64,000 bases of DNA, from the NCBI RefSeq assembly GCF_964204645.1, contig NC_134027.1, forward strand, positions 4,310,485 to 4,374,484, read 5' to 3'. The DNA is from Tubulanus polymorphus. Its lineage: Eukaryota; Animalia; Nemertea. Under the pieces are notes generated by a model that saw only the letters and a list, made by a program, of their open reading frames with translations, did no database searches and had not been told where the DNA came from. This document shows, one piece after another, positions 45,101 through 58,003 of this stretch (positions within the stretch are counted from its first letter, which is position 1; every line of letters starts with the position of its first letter). A program made the position numbers and the translations under genes.

Positions 45101-48100
45101 ATGATATTTCATAAAAGGGTTCGTAGATTTTCTATCCAAAGACATGAACCTCTGGAGATTGAAAACTAATTTCGCGTGCCATGGCGCACACTGTTTCTCA
45201 ATAAATTCCATAATATTAATGAAAACACCTCTAACATTGAAGGTTTGGGATTTTAATGAACACCGTTTGGAAATGGCACTGCTAGGTTTATTTCGTATTA
45301 CCTATTTATGTCCCGTAAACAAAATCCTGGAAACAGGTAATAAAGATAACTAAATACTGTAACGTAACTACAATGATGTGATGTGGACTTTGATTCACGT
45401 CTTATTGAACATAAATTGGACAGATTTTTTGGCTGCGTTTATTGTTAAACTGCATACTGGTTCTAATGCAAAACTGGAAAAAAAGAAAGAAGGGACTATG
45501 CTATTTTAAGTGCATTACCATATATAGAAACGTTATTTCTAGAAAAACCTAGTATCAACAAATATGACGATGATGATTATATCTCCCCACAATCAAGGTC
45601 AAAGGGTAACCAATCATCCAAAATTAGCCTGTTAGGTGCCTTTCCAATCCACCATCTAGACCTGTCCCTGTAGACTAAACAAAAATAGCTTCACCACTTC
45701 TTCGAGTCACTTACCGCGAACCAGATTACATAGGAAGGTGCACGAGTCACCATATGCTCTGCTGAAATAACATCATATCTGTGAAACAAACCTAAACCCC
45801 TTTAGGCCAGTTCAAACCCAATTTATCCACCCTAATGGGTATTATCCTTCATCCTTAATACGATGTCACTGCTACGTCATTGAGACATCGTGAATTCTGA
45901 CGGCGGGATCTTTAATCCGACATGTTCGACTTTTTACGACTCAGTTGTCTTATCGGGTTTCGGTGAATTATTAATTGAATGAAATCGAAATGGGAGAAAT
46001 AAGATCGTAAATATTGATCGATGAAAAAGGAAGATCATCGAACGCCTAACATTCAGGCTGCTGGATCTTCTCGAATTGATACGAGGAATCAATCGAGCAT
46101 AGTGAACAATGTCGTTGAATTGATCCAGAAAACGACAAGTACATCGCTCAGTTGCAATGAAACTTATCGTAAATTCTACACGGTGTCAACGAAGCAAACT
46201 GAGACTTATTGCACGAGATTATTTTCTGGGAAGAATAGAGCTCTATCTGACAGTGTACAATATCAAAGCCGGTTATATTTGCTAGCAGTAAAACAATAAA
46301 AGAATAAAATTACGACTGACTTTAGTATCAAATATGGCGGCTTTTGAGAGTTTGCGATAAAAATGGGAACATTCGCCTGGAATCAAACGATGAATTAGCA
46401 GATGTTAGATATTGGTTGGACGACTTACCACTTGTTCCGCGGTGGCTGTGTATGGAAGACCTCGCATGCGCACGATGGTTTGGTCATGGCAGTTATTTCT
46501 TGAAAGGAATGTCTGAGCCTCGGCACTATTTCCTGAAAATCAAGCGAGAACTGATTGACTATTGTGGAAAAATGCGTCGCCAAACCGAATTTTCTTCGGC
46601 AAAAGAAAATAACATCAATGAAGATGAATGAATAAACGAATGACTGAACATTGGAACAGCAACCTCGCATACTAGTCGACATAACGGTTCCTTTTATTCA
46701 GTGATTGTAAGATGTAGTAGTGATGGTGGATCTTCAATTTGTGGGGATATTTACACATCGGAGTCGTATTACAGCACAAATGAAGGCAAATGATGTGAAG
46801 AAAATGCCGAGAAATTACCCTGTTGTTCCCCGCGTATACCCCCGGTACTCGAAAATTGTATTACTTTATAGAAAAGGAGAAAGAAGCAAACAAACGAGTT
46901 TGAACTGTTGACATTTTGAACTTAAGGTTCGAAGCTCCAGAGACACTTCTATTTCAATTTGATTAATTTTAAACCGTACCTCCAGCAACATTGACGAAGT
47001 CTTTCCCAGTGGCTTTGTATACTTCAATGTACCTCTGTTTCAAATGGTGCTTGTGTTTTTTCAAGGCTAAATCTCTGTCTTGTTTCGTTTCGAACCTGAC
47101 TAGCGCTTCTCCATTTCGACGACCTTGTTTACTCAGACATAAAGCTACGCCACCTCTGCAAAAAGAGAATATATCCATCTCATAACATGATAACAACATT
47201 CATATCTGTATAACGTCAATTTCATATCTCGAAAAAATATATACATTGTATTTCAACAAATTAACTATAGGCGTCGCTTGTAAGCCAAAATCATGCTTAA
47301 ATCATTTAATAGGGCAGTAAAAATTCAGAATATTGATCATACGAAGGGTAACAATGGAAATTTGCATATCTGCAAGACTGAAATTGATTACAGCAACGCA
47401 ACAGCTGTTTAAACCAGTACTGCACAGAGATATGATATGCAAATATCGCTTGATAAACTGCATTCGATTCAACAAGCTTCGAGCAAAGTTTTATGCTATT
47501 GTGCAACATCATCATTGTTATTTTTCGAGTGTTGTCTTTATGCTACGTGGTGATTATTTGTAGCAAAAGCATAAAGATAATAGATACACAATAAAGCGAT
47601 GACTGCGGGCATATTATGCATACCGATTTGGTAAATGTTGGTACTGCCGTCATTTTGTCGTTTGATGCGACGCTAAAATGTATCGTATTGCTTTATACCT
47701 GATATGCAGGGTGAGGTTTGCCTCCGGGTCAAAAGTGTATACATTCGTCGCTTTGTTACAAAAAATACGTATACCTAGAACAGCGATGCATTTCTGCGAC
47801 CATTAAACCTCGTTAGTATGTTGTCTAATATCTAATGAGGCTTCGCATTAGAAACAAATGAACGTGGCTTTTTCGTTGTTCTATTAGATAAGTTGGATGG
47901 TCGAAAAATTAATGCTTCAAGGTGATTTATCTTTGAACAGCAAACGCAGTTGCCGACAGCCATAACAAATTATATTTTAATGGTGAACGTGAACTGATAA
48001 GAAAATATATGAAAACTGCACAAAAGCCAAGATCGATCTTGGTATCCAAATCAACAAAATCTGTCGAGAAAACTAGTTTTTCATAGGAGCTATAATGTTT

Positions 48101-51100
48101 GAATTTACGTCCACGGAATAAACTAACCGTTATACGGCGGACGTGTCTCTGATGATAAAAGAAACGAAGATTTAATGCGACACAATATGGGAAGATCTTG
48201 ACGAATTATCCCATGTACTAGAGCCGCGAAGAATGACAGAAGAATTAAGCCGGCGATATCACGAATATTACTTTTGTCACGGGATCTTGAACTAGTGACG
48301 CCAATTTCGTTATTTCCCAGTTGCTATACACATAAAACACCCCGACAGGAGACGATGAGAAACCTTTGTAAAAAGAAAGCGAGTCTAATGTGCGACAAGT
48401 CACGCTTTTTCAACCGACGCCGAGTGGAAAAAGTGAAGAGAAGTCACGGACAGATATTTTCGACGGTTCAGCCATGAACGACTCGAGGGCAGAAGACGCC
48501 ATAAAGTCCTTTAGTTTTCAGTGACATATTGTTAGTTTAATGTGAAAGCCTGCAACACATATTTCCCAAATAGTTTCTACTTCAATAAATATCGTATCTC
48601 AACATGCTCTTCGGTCAGAGTTGTATACGAAAATGACAATCGAATTCAGCCTTTTGTTTATCGGGATTAGTTCTTTTTAGAAAAAGAATGTATGGACCTG
48701 GGAGACTGAAGATTTATACTCCAACTAATGTTGATGTCATTAATCGCTCGGTAAGATTCGGTGGACGGACGGGTATCGTTAAGACAACTGAGCACGTCCT
48801 AGACGACCGCTCGGTGTCGTTTTCCGACAGGATGCACATTTGTTATCTGATGCACAAGGTAAAGACCGAACTGTCGGGTGTTTATCTTGATCCTTCCCAC
48901 GTTTCCACACCAGAAATTGACCATTTTCCAACAAAGGTACCACTAGTAGTCATGGCGATGATGACAAATTGCACCACTGTTTGTGGCTAGATAGAAAAAT
49001 ACCTTCAACATTACGACCATTTCGACGAAAAACTTGCACCGCATGATCACCGAAGAGGCTGGACGTTGCATACTTAAACTAGGCAGGTCTCGTTAAACAG
49101 TCTCGGTTATTTCTGTTGATAAACCGACACTAGCCTCCATATAAAATGGCTTCCAAATACAGCCTGTGACCATTTTATATCACGATGTTGATCGATATAA
49201 AGGGCCTATTAGGAATCATATCTACTGACGTGGACTGAACAGGCACACTGTTGGTTACGCGTTCGTTTGGTTTTCTACTACAGTTGCCAGAATTATTGGA
49301 AGTAATGTCAAAACATCGGCAACGAATTCTATTGCAAGCGCTTTCTGCGGTGACGTTCTTATTAACTGTTAATGACAGGCAGTTTCCGGCTATCTTGTAG
49401 TTTTCTTCCAACATTGAGAACGCAATCAGAGAATGACTTCTGCCGATGGCCTTCACAATATACGGATCAAACGGGAATGCCGCCGGAATCATCTTCTAGA
49501 CAGAGCATCGATAATAGCAAAATGACAACGATATAATGAGAAAAAGAAAACTCCGTCAATCGCACTTTTTAAACACGCTCTTTTCGACATCTATGCACGA
49601 ATGTCTCTAAGCATCGAGATTTCTTTTCTCCTCCATGAAATCGGATTCCGTCGGGGAAACCTGATCCCAGAAGAATCCAGATCAAATTAGACGATCACTG
49701 ATTGGAATTACTTCGCAGAAACAGGCACTGATATTGAATTAGGTTCTTATTTTAGGAGGCGAACGTTCCCAACTTCCGTCAATGAGACAGCAGCTCATCA
49801 ATTCGCTTTGTATAGATGGTTTTTCAACTGAGACTGAAAGAAAATTACATCTATGCAGGATAATCATCTGCTGATGATTTACTCTATATGAACTGACTGC
49901 AGTCTGTTTTGCGTAAAAATCGATCATTAGGAATAAAGAGAAATAGACGTATAGCTTCCAGTTTGAACAGTCTCAGTTTCATGCATGAAATAAAAAAGGG
50001 ACCGAACAACAGTTGTGTTGGCTATGAAAGAGGACACACATTTCCGTAAAACAAAATATGTTTCAAATCAATACGGTATGGATAAGAGAACACCTGTGAC
50101 CAAGTTCAATTTGCATATGAAATGTTACCGAGTTGTGCATGGATTCAGTATCACGCGACACGTCTGATTTGTAATGCTACATCTGCTCCTCGGATGACTG
50201 CAAATCAGACTCCATCAGAAGCGTGAAATGTGGAGCATTGATGCAGTAAACGCCACAGAGAGTCACAGATATATCCAGGTTCATGGTTCATTATCGATTA
50301 AAACCAGCATGTGGGGAAAAACTTACTTTATTGGGGGTATTTGGCGAAAACTACTGCGGAGTACACCAGGGTGTACTTCTTTTCTTTTAGAAATATAATA
50401 ACTCAAAGAATAGAAGGTTGTTAGACATATTCAAACAGGAAAACAAAGGCTTGTTTTCAACGTTAAAAAAATAATGTCACATAACGGAAACAGAGTAGAC
50501 CGAGCTTAGCTCACATGACCAAATCTGATGTCATCGTGTTTCGTGTTAATATAATAATTCTGTTATCATTTTCCCGACATCTGAAACTTGGGAAATGTCA
50601 GTATACATCATCTGGTCGGCGGATTAAAGTCGGTGCACAGTTCACTAGACTTAACTTGAAATACTCGAGGAAACGCGGGAGAAAGTTGATATCATCTGCT
50701 GGTAGATATGATACTTGGCGTCATCAGGTTACTAAAACTATCTTATTGAAATCGGAATATTTCACACACATCAAGGCTGAGCTTTCTTAAAATGTTGTTA
50801 TGGTTACTGTTGGAGGCTTTCTTGTACAAAATTTAAGTCGAGTTGATTGCTGGCGATGCGAAAGAAACGTCACAAATGCGTTCACTCTAGCGTATATGCA
50901 ACACCGATAAAGCCACGAAACTTAGATCAAACTAACGACCAAACTAGACCGTCTTTGAAGACGAGCAAACCCTAGGCACGCCACAGCGACATATTCCAAT
51001 TAGCATGCTCACGTACAGCTTGGAAGTAAAATTAATTGAAGTACCCTTTACAGTCAGCAGTATCCACGTGGAATATGAGTTAGACGCCTCACGATTATAA

Positions 51101-54100
51101 AAAGTGACATGCAACGAATAAGCGTAAATCCAATCTCTGTTTATCTACTTTCAAATTACATTATTAAGTTGATACACAGCAAATGAAATTGCTTCTCACG
51201 TCAATGCTGAACAGAATCCGCTACATTTGGTAATAACAAAACGAAACAATCGAATACAGGCGTTTCCGATAGAAGAGAATTCCCGATTAATTTAAGACGT
51301 TTCAACCATTATTGGAAACTATTTCAAGTTCAACGGCACGTATAATGTGTTTTTAATAAGGATTAGTAAGTGGAGATAGATCTTATTTAAAAAAATCAGC
51401 AACTTATATTGCCGGTGCTATGATTAATCTCAGCCTCTCGACAAAATATGACAACGAGGCACATTGGAATTTGGGACTATTGATAAATACACTATACAGT
51501 ACTTACTTGGCTACATTGAGTCCACTGAAAAATCTAGCGATATCTTGGTCCGATGACTGCCACGGTAGACCTCTAGCCCTAATTACACAATCATCATCAA
51601 CTGTATCAGCTCGACTACTGCAAAATAGAATAAACACTTCTGTTAATACTTTAAGTCAGAATCCACTACGATGAGTAAAATCTATCGAATTAAATAGATG
51701 TAGATAACAGATAATAAGATAAAAACACACTACATACAGATTTAAAAGGACTTTAATCAATCAAAAATTAGAATGACATGACGTTTCGAACTCTCACTAG
51801 AGATCATCATCAGGTCTCCATCTTATTATAATAGATAAACCGATTCGCGCGAGAAGTTAAACATCATTACACTAATACGACTTAGTGATCGATATTATAT
51901 GTAGATACTGATAATGACTAAGAGCGGCGGCGTGACATCGAGATTAAAGAGAGGAAGAACTGAAGTAATACGAGTTATCGAGTTCAATTAAAATGGATGA
52001 TATACGATAAAGTAAGACATCATGACACGGTGAAAGTCTAGCTTTAGACGCAAGCGAAATGTAATTATTACGACAACGAAACGTCGACAAGGGCCATGTC
52101 TAGCTCTTAATTTAATAAATGAAGCTGCGCACGAGATTACAGCACACATTCGACAAACCTAATTACCAACTCGGGGTCGCAGAATTAAATAAGCGTGTCG
52201 CGTCGTAAAGCTGGGGTGTACATTTGTGGATAAACAGTAACTGTCACCAAATGTAGCGCTGATAAACCTCACGTTTCGAATAGATAGAAAAATCAGTTCA
52301 TCGGAACTACTCGTAGCTCTATCTACCCCACCCATCTTCGTGAAATAGTCAATCTTCGGTTGGTTTGGCGATAAATCAAAAACGTGGACACCATGTTGGC
52401 AAACGAAAGACGCCGCAAAATCTACGGAGATTGCGTCTAATCACAAGATATATAGCGGCGACAGGAGAAGGGCCAATTCTGTCAATTACCGAATAATGAA
52501 ATCAACGACGAGATATAAAAGTAGAGACTACGAGGCAAATGCAGTAACGAGACTTCGACGTCGAAACCCGGACCTATCTTGTCAGTGTTTCAACTAAGAT
52601 TCGCCTCAAAAATACCTATCTACTGAAATGCTCGATGACTGAATAAAGCAGTTCGGAATGCAAATACCTTCGAGCATAGAGTCTCTTTTTCTGAAGGCGA
52701 GGTAAAATCGTGTACGCGACGATACGATGAGCATCCCTTGGAAATGCATTAAGCTGTCGAAGAGTAAATCCACCGTTATTGCGCAAACAACCTGTCGGCC
52801 ATCAGGAGAAAGACAGAGACGAGTAAAGCTTCGACAAGGTATTACTAGCTAGTCTTTGGCGTCGGATAAACGTATATACCTTGTAATATTGCCCAGGAGA
52901 CGCGATTGAGTTGCCTCGATTGGTGATCCAGTACCAGACAAAGAGCTGTCTCCAAGGATTCAGCACAATACCCAAAGGGTGAGATCGAGTAGCTGGTGCG
53001 ACGAGTACACGGAAATATAATTTGTATCAAGAATGGCCAGGCCACGAATAAATTTGCAACTTAAAAAAGCCACAGCGCATGTGCGAACGAACGATCGTTA
53101 TTTAGAGGTCGATTAATAGACTTTCATTGCACGATGGTTTTTTTATTACTCGCCGGTGCAAACTACCATTCCCATTTGAAAACCTGATGTAAAGTAATGA
53201 GGATACGAATTGCTCCGTCCAGCAACAAGGAACGAGGTGCGCCAGTTTAATTGAACGTCTTTAATGTTAAAAAGATGTAAAGCATAAAGCGTCGAGTTCA
53301 TTCCTCATTGCAATATAGAGTTTGACTAAGTCAAACACCGCATCTTTCTAAACACTGCCGTATTTTGACAAGCATGACAAACCCATTCATTTCCTTCCCG
53401 TAAACCACAATCGAAGAGAACTCACCGAGGCAGAGACTACTCCGGAATATATGAAAGAAGAAACGACAATTGCAGGGTTTTCTCAACGATAAAGTTGTTG
53501 ATTCAGAGTCTCTTAGAGTGTCTTCGATGACAGACGTGAATAAAAATCTAATTTCAAGATGAAAGCATGTATCAATGATGTCGGAGGTATAGGCTTCGGG
53601 GAGTTTTATTCATTCGTAAAAATCGTAGTAGTATCTTCGGAGATCGTCTTTGGGTCGTTGTAAAACTATATTGCTAACCCTGATTTAAGGAGAGTTTTTC
53701 TAAAGAAATTGACCTAGGACGATGTTAAGGGACTTTTCGAGTGGTTTGGATTGGAATAAGGAAGAGTAGTTGAGACACGTGAAGAGAAAATAATTGTTTT
53801 ATCAGTTCTATCTGGCAGTATAAACAGTCTCCATAGCAACATTTATAAAAGAATTGATAGATTTTACGGCAAATCGAAAGACATGTAGAAAGTTATTCTT
53901 GCGACATTAGATTTAGGATTTAAATCTTTTTCGACATTCGTTTTCTACATTCCTGAGCCTTTGGCTATATTCTGTGACAGACGGCGCCACCGGTACTGAC
54001 TGATCTATACCAGTTGTGAGTGTCGTAATGATTTCTCAATAATCGAATCGGACCATCCATGTAACATGTTAGTATCACGACACGAGGTGAGACGCGCTTC

Positions 54101-57100
54101 GTGGACGGCTGATCATCAAAACGATTTCTTCGTATGGCAAAAGACAATTACATACGGAAAAATACCGCGATGTGATTGTATAGTGACAAGGACTGTTTTC
54201 TGCACATTTTTCTCCGGAGCACACAACACGTTTATTCAATTACATCAGCAAGATTTATCTTGTATTCAAGGACGATCATCTTACGTAGTTTCTCTCCCAA
54301 AACAGTGCTTTAAAGCAAATAAACACAAAGGGAAGAAAATATCGAACATCTTGTTTGGTCTTTACACCTTGGTAGGAATGTGGATGGAATTCAAGCCTTG
54401 CCAAGAGGCGCGTAAATAATGAAGCACGCACCACAGATCCCTTGATATAGCAATGCAATCACAAAGATACTTCAAGAGAAGTAAGACTAAGAGAAATTTT
54501 GGAACCAGAGGCGAACGGGAAACTAAAGTGTTACGTTAATATAGACCGCCTTTCATAGTAGAACTGATAGAAGAAAATGCGCAAATCTAATCAAGTGTCG
54601 GTTTATTCTGAATTCTCGGCAGATCAAAGCCCCGTCAAGTAGAAATGTTTGTCAAGTTGGCAGAATAAAGCACAATCTCGGCACGGTGACTTAATCGTAT
54701 AAGAGGGTAAAACGAATGGCTTTGAAACGAACTGGGATCAGTTTCTCAAACGTTGGTTAAAGCATGGTTAAAGATAACCGGTGGATAAATACCAACGCAA
54801 AAATTAACTTTCAATTGTCACCATGTCAACTATCCACTGGTTAACTCTAACCAACTTTTGAGCAATTGACCCCTGATAGACGTGCTGCAAAGAACTCAGG
54901 TTCACGTCGAGAATTTTCTCTTATTGCCTCGATATGCTGTTTGCATTGGCGTGAGGGTTTCCTCAAAACAATATTGGTTCGTTAATGAAAGTTATAGCTT
55001 ATCACAATACTCAAAAATAAAGATGAATCGACTGATCACTCAGTTTCTCACTTTGAAGTCTACATCAGCTTCGACTGTAACTTTTTTTCAGACTGCCATT
55101 AATGGTACCGGGTTGCCAAAGGCAATGATCTTATTCGGGAATCGATATATTTTTAACCGCGCCGTTCGACGGTCTTTGATGCGGAAATACGATGGCCAAT
55201 ATCGCGAGTAATACTAGTATTCAACAGTGCTATTTTTTCCGCTGACAAGAGCTGAAGCAAATCTTTCGATCCATCCTTATTCTCAAAGGATTAGTCAATT
55301 GACGCGAATGGATGAATATATCGGGATGCTCTATCGGGAATGAACTTCCTTCTTCCCGACTTCATAATCATGAAGATTTCTGTGTCATTGCACGGGTTTT
55401 TTATTCTTCTACATCTTAGGAATAGCAAATTGAGACAATTCTATCTTTTCATGGCCGATCAATCATGATTTGAATTCTAGATCGGTGTTATAGCTCAATA
55501 TAGGGAGACGTTAACCCACACGAGAAAAGTAAAACTGATTAGTTTTTCGTCCAGATGTTTAAATCATATCCGGCACGGCGGGCGGGGCGGATATGAAATG
55601 CAATAAACAACGAGAGGGAAGCTAAGAAGGGATTAATAACTGAAATTAATATTCCCCGTGTCGATCTAGAATAGATCATGTTTGGTTTGCAATAAAAATC
55701 CCAATACCGCCCATGTCGACATTAACGAGAAATATCGGAATATACAACATGCGTTTATTTCGTCGCTCGGATTTTTAAATACGCGACAATCCCGTGAAGT
55801 CGTCGGAAAACTGTACGTAATAGCGATTGCAATATATCGTTCATCGTCTGTCAACAGATTTCTCGTTTCGGCGCATCGGAAATCAACTTTTCATGCATTA
55901 TTTACGCTTATACACGTATATACGTGACGTAGGTGTAACAGGTGCGTGGAAGTCTGTCGTGAGTCATATCATTGTATGTGCCATGAGACAGACCAGATTC
56001 AAAAATATCGCAGTAGCACTTTTTTGTATCAATTCGCCGAATCAATCAAGCGAGAGTTTTTGAATACCTAGCCGCTTTATTGAGCGATTAAGCGGGGTTA
56101 CGCTTACAAAGCGGTGTGAATTTATTGACAGAATTTCCCATACACAAATATAAGCACCGATGGAAATATGAAAATATGAATATATACGTACCATATACCG
56201 GGTTCAAGACGATGTTTTATGATTTCAGGTTCCCCGAATGCATGGCCTGAAATGAAATACGAAAGTAATAAACTTTGTTTGTTCGGTGAGAAATTTTACA
56301 CGCAATAGATTTTCATGTTTGAGTTGGGACATTAAAAATGATCGCACAGGCAATAAAAATATCATATTCCAAACCAGTAAAAACATAAATACAATACAGG
56401 CATGAATGAAGATTTCCGAGCAAGACCATGATCAAGAAATTAACTAAGTGATTATTGAGTCTGGAATGGGTATTTTTGAGGCGACAATTGCAGAAACAAT
56501 GACTCATTACTTAAGTGATGAACAAAAGCTCATTCTAAACTAAATGAATTTCAGATTTCTCAGCAAATTAAACGAATATGATATCTCATTAATCAAAATT
56601 GGTAGTGCAAGCATCATAGAATAGCGCCTGATGTCAGCATGATCTAATCTCATGATAACTCGGTGATTGGCTTGGCGCTGCTCGACAGGTATGAAATATA
56701 TCATCTTTTAGAGATTATTTTAGGTAAATCCGATCCACACGCAGTCTAGCGTATCACTGATCGCGCAGAGAATAACCATGAATTTAATCAACTGAACAAA
56801 TAAGGTATTGACCTCCCACCGTAGAGAGGGGTATTGAGTTTGATTAATTAAGTATTGTCATTTATTTGGTTATTATCCTAGCGGAATCAGTCAGTAGACT
56901 TTATCCAAAAGGGACCTATGCGTATTTCCATAACGACAATTGCAATACGTGAGGAGAACGTTTAATCATAGCCAATATGTGCTTGTTGGGGGCAATGTGT
57001 TGAAGTGTTATGTGGTAGCCAACACTTTGCCGAGAAATCGCTACAGTTTAAGTGTTGAGGAAACCATCGCCTCGGCATTCGAAGCAAATATTAATATCGG

Positions 57101-58003
57101 ACCTGTTCGAAATTGCGAAGAGTAATGAATTGATATCGAGTGTTGTCCCGGGCAAAAAATGAGTGTAAGCCAAGATGTGGTGGATATATGATATTTTTGG
57201 TCGGCAAATGATAACCGCGAGTCAAGTGACGCGGTTATGACTACAAGGTTAGTATTTGCCGAGCGGCAAAATTCGTGAATTGTAAAGCAAACGATGCTCC
57301 ACCGGTGAAAATGTCAGCACGACAATCTCCTCAGTCGCAGATGGGACACCGACAACTAAATTACCTATGACGAAAATCTCGCGTGTCATATTTAAAAGGC
57401 AAATTACCGACCAGAATTTATGAAACGGCGAACGAAGGGAATGTTTGCGCCGTTTCATATCGTTCCCCATAGTCTAATGGGAAGATAGGCTTCACGGTAA
57501 ACATATATCAACAGGGACAAATGAATACTTCGATAACAAAATGCGTCTGTTTGAATATGGTGAATATGAAATGTACCAGCTGACGTTTATCCTCTTATAA
57601 GCAACAGCTGCCCATATTAATAATCAATCCTCACATATTACGAGTACTGTTTCACATATAGTTTTCCGTATATATTCCGTTTTAGTCATGCATATTTCAA
57701 TTTGTATTGAATATGAATTTTATGCATTTTCTGAAATTTTGCAGGGAAAATGTACCCATATTAAATCTAAGGCTATGACATCGAGAATTTGATAATCATT
57801 TGCATAATTTGAAGAATGATGGTGTGCTTGCTGAAAAAAAATATATGTTCGAATATGTTAAATTTTCAGACAAATAATTCCTTGTTCGCCATAGAATTTC
57901 AATTTTCACTCACCGTCATTGATAAGTCTATGAATAACTCGGCCCATTTCCTGACACTGTCGCACACCATATTCAACTGACTGATCTTCTTCTAATCCTA
58001 GAT
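42163..58003 (-). CDS. ESRP: ESRP/fusilli RNA-binding splicing regulator (end of the DnaQ-like N-terminal region + 4 quasi-RRMs), 5'-incomplete in this window
   Basis: Exons 58003-57914, 56246-56192, 51617-51507, 47155-46980, 46532-46429, 44278-44063, 43958-43707, 43303-43063, 42864-42422, 42339-42163. Translation includes GHAFGEPE...[84 protein letters not shown]. No upstream exon was recognised in 58-64 kb. Confidence 0.96.
45715..45761 (-). other. Candidate alternative (poison or mutually exclusive) ESRP exon, 47 nt
   Basis: Acceptor TTATTTCAG (tandem CAGCAG) and donor GCG|GTAAGT lie inside the intron that splits RRM2. Confidence 0.5.
51750..51818 (-). mobile_element. Penelope-like element terminal-repeat remnant with a minimal hammerhead-ribozyme-like core
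   Basis: Minus strand reads GAC-CTGATGA-TGATCTCTAGTGAGAGTTC-GAAAC-GTC, followed by ATTAAA. Confidence 0.5.
54735..54872. mobile_element. PIF/Harbinger-type MITE with CTG target-site duplication
   Basis: Left arm GGATCAGTTTCTCAAACGTTGGTTA...AACCGGTGGATA; right arm reverse complement GGGTCAATTGCTCAAAAGTTGGTTA...AACCAGTGGATA. CTG flanks both ends (54732-54734 and 54873-54875). Confidence 0.8.

Noticed and set aside
53420-53490. GTGAGT donor-like site in an ESRP intron (minus strand)
   Set aside because: In-frame TAG just upstream and no convincing acceptor. Exon 56246-56192 already joins 51617 in frame.
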